A stretch of DNA of 63,942 nucleotides, filler included, from Aduncisulcus paluster (Eukaryota): the NCBI GenBank assembly GCA_024181965.1. It is 7 parts of 7 records of this genome, joined end to end, with 100 filler letters (N's around TTAATTAATTAA, not from the genome) between each part and the next. Parts side by side here need not be neighbours in the genome. Positions count along the whole stretch, not along the records: positions 59,635 to 63,942 come from BQXS01011029.1; 6 more parts are not named here. One strand, 5' to 3'. The notes below the pieces were generated by a model that searched no databases, was not told where the DNA came from, and saw only the letters and a program-made list of their open reading frames with translations. Positions 61,499 to 63,942 of this stretch are shown here, one piece after another. The translations under genes were made by a program, and so were the position numbers. The stretch's first letter is position 1; every line of letters begins with the position of its first letter.

Positions 61499-62653
61499 AT
61501 GAAATCTTGTCTTCATAACATGAAAAGAAGAATACCAGAAACTGAGAGAGAAACTGTACAGGAAGATAAACTTGTTAGATCGCCTGTCAAACGAGCTCAT
61601 TATGGAAAAGATGAGGAAGATGAATACGAGAGTGAGCATGAGGCCAGGTCGAATGAAGAAAGCCCAAAAATAATTGAAGATGAGTTAGAAAAAGAAGAAA
61701 GTGCTCAAATTGCATCCGAAGAAAAAGTTTCTGAAGGTCCATTTCATCTAGAGGAGAAGGTTGAAGATTTTGTCATATCACCACAAGAAGAAGTTTCGAG
61801 ATCTGACGATGAAAAGAGTAGCGAAGATGAATATGGTAAAGATATTCAGGGACATGAGCTAGAAGTCGAAGAAATGCCTCGTGTAATTACCTCTGCTGAA
61901 ATGGACACTAAGCTCCCTGTTGGGGTGAAATTTACAAAAATCGTGTTTAAAATTAAGCATAGATTAATTCCATTAATTCTTTTATCTCTTGGAATTCTGT
62001 TTATTACATATTCTACTCTCTTCATCCTCTCCGTAAAAAGTGAAAAGTTCGCTGCTTTTATTTCTGATAGGATGCAAAAACCAATTGATGATGGGCGTTT
62101 TGATGTATTTGGTGATGATGACTCGGTTTCGATGATTTTAGAAGAGGTGTTTTCCCATAATCCCTCTCCTGCTGATATTGATGAGAGTATCCTTGCTATT
62201 TCTTGTGCATCTAATATTCTATTCCCTTTTAATTTTCCTATTTGTCCTGCATTTAGAGATTTATTCGTTTTAGATGAGGAAATGCTTGAAATGTGTGGTG
62301 TGACATGTAGTGGAGCCTTGCTCGCTTGTGATTCAAATGGTCATGAAGTATCCGCAGTTAAAAAGGAGGATGAATTATTTCAACTTCTTGCTGTTCATGC
62401 AAAAGTCATGAAAATGAAAGGTTTACAAAAAGAAATGACCCGGCTCATGAATTCTCGATTGGAGTTTGTCCAATCGTTGTTTGAAGATAAATCAATCATT
62501 ATTCAGGCACCATTTGAATATTTTTTGAAACAAAAAGGAAGAAACTTGTCAGAAATAACTCTTGATGAATATTTGAATCTTCTTAGAGTGGAAGCTGAAG
62601 TGAGAGAACATACAAAAGGATGCGGTTGTGAGTTTGTAAAGTTATGTCAATGA
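61499..62653 (+). CDS. Hypothetical single-pass membrane protein with acidic N-terminus
   Basis: 384-aa ORF; TM LIPLILLSLGILFITYSTLFILSV. Confidence 0.8.
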   Translation: MKSCLHNMKRRIPETERETVQEDKLVRSPVKRAHYGKDEEDEYESEHEARSNEESPKIIEDELEKEESAQIASEEKVSEGPFHLEEKVEDFVISPQEEVSRSDDEKSSEDEYGKDIQGHELEVEEMPRVITSAEMDTKLPVGVKFTKIVFKIKHRLIPLILLSLGILFITYSTLFILSVKSEKFAAFISDRMQKPIDDGRFDVFGDDDSVSMILEEVFSHNPSPADIDESILAISCASNILFPFNFPICPAFRDLFVLDEEMLEMCGVTCSGALLACDSNGHEVSAVKKEDELFQLLAVHAKVMKMKGLQKEMTRLMNSRLEFVQSLFEDKSIIIQAPFEYFLKQKGRNLSEITLDEYLNLLRVEAEVREHTKGCGCEFVKLCQ

Positions 62654-63424
62654 GTTTCACATCTATCGGATAGAGTCTGATTTGTTTCTCGATTTTCTTT
62701 GAAATCTGCAAGTTGCAGATCATCTGTGCATGATGCACACATGCCAATACTGTTATGACAATAAATATTAATAGTGTATCATACACTGTGACATGATGTT
62801 ACAGAATACTTGCTGAACATGATGGTCAAATAATCCAAGTATGTAATTTTTATTATAAAATTATTAGGGTAATTATATTAATAAATATAAGAACGATACT
62901 TTTTATGCTCTTTTCTTTGAAATTGAGCATTTTTTTGGGAAGTTTGCTCAACGTCGACATAAGAGAGTTCACAATTATAGATTGTCAAAAATTATACTAT
63001 CATATTGCTTTGATCTTTGTGAGAATACTGATATTGTGATGGGTTTTTCTCTTCATCTCTACATAATGTATTTTCATCTACATTCAAGTGTAACGCTAAC
63101 CACTTCAATTCATTTAGTCATGTTATCATGAATAACGCTGAATAGTTTTTAAATTTATTAACAACATATAATACAATTCTTCAGCCATTCCATTTGATTC
63201 GTCAGACCTTTAATGACAAACTTCAATAGTATTTGGGGGGAAATTGCCTACATTTATTGATGTTGGCTCCTTATTTCCCATAATTTCTTTCTAAAATGTC
63301 ATTTTTATTTGGATTCATTGATTTATGTGATTTTGTTTTTTCTTTAGAATATCTCGCTCTAGACATTTATTAATGCTTATTTTAGTTTTTTAGTGGATTT
63401 TTCTGAAGAAGAATAATTGATTCT

Positions 63425-63820
63425 TTGGTATCTTCAAACAGAAAAATGAAATTCCCTTGGTTGTGTACTCGCGAAAGACTCCGCAGAGGCACCGCTGTAA
63501 GCTCCCTCGGTGAGATGGTCCAAATTGCCAACAGTTCTATTACATTTATACCTTTTGCTGTTGACTCTATTGGTACCGTTGGATCTGAGGCTCTCTCTTT
63601 CTTGAAAAAGATTGTTGCTTGGTATGGAAATCCGAAACAACGCATCTCCTCCAAAGAAGGTGACAAAGCTGTCTATATGACGAGGCTGAGGCTACTTCGG
63701 AGACGCATCGGACAAGCTGTGCTCATGAGAGCATTTGGATCGGCTGACAAAGCCATATCCAAACTTCTCGACAGAGCCGGCTTTACCAAGAGAGCCAGAG
63801 CTTCGATGGCGTTTCTCTAG
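63425..63820 (+). mobile_element. 5'-truncated non-LTR retrotransposon 3' end (RLE/CRE-like clade)
   Basis: FIPFAVDSIGTVGSEALSFLKKI...LRRRIGQAVLMR matches the C-terminal pattern F.P...E/D..G..G..A...L...R.S.A.qR of RLE-type elements. Confidence 0.6.
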
Positions 63821-63942
63821 TATGCTTAACCTAGAATAGTTTCCTAAAACAACTCCTAAGGCTTCCCACACAGTTTTCTATCCTTCCAATAATTTTCTTT
63901 CTATTTCAATAACATCTCCTACACTAATACTTTCCTTTTCTA

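Noticed and set aside
1-63942. tRNA, rRNA or CRISPR arrays
   Set aside because: None recognised by eye; tRNAscan and Rfam were not run.

Overview
Gene-dense, intron-poor, AT-rich eukaryotic (protist) DNA using the standard genetic code. It is not a natural contiguous locus: seven contigs are joined by artificial 100-bp linkers (N44-TTAATTAATTAA-N44), and two N20 gaps are flanked by duplicated sequence. Gene style suggests a free-living metamonad/fornicate (Aduncisulcus/Carpediemonas-like), but this is an unverified impression. Recognisable genes are ATP-type PEP carboxykinase, proteasome beta5 (one intron), an eIF3f-like MPN protein, a PH+HMA fusion, a midasin-like AAA protein cut by an LTR retrotransposon, EGF and LRR-EGF surface proteins, a ~2,200-aa kinase with five ~345-aa repeats, a secreted beta-amylase (one intron) and a Slo/BK-type K+ channel C-terminus. 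Mobile DNA includes a 275-bp LTR family (solo LTR with ATGT TSD, plus a 3' LTR with PPT and chromodomain-like integrase tail), a ~10-kb transposon graveyard (Gypsy, Harbinger/ISL2EU, hAT) and an RLE-type non-LTR 3' end. The most unexplained signal is recurrent intergenic clusters of chained, perfect 11-23-bp palindromes with a single central base and no shared consensus, resembling hairpin-opening or snap-back repair scars.
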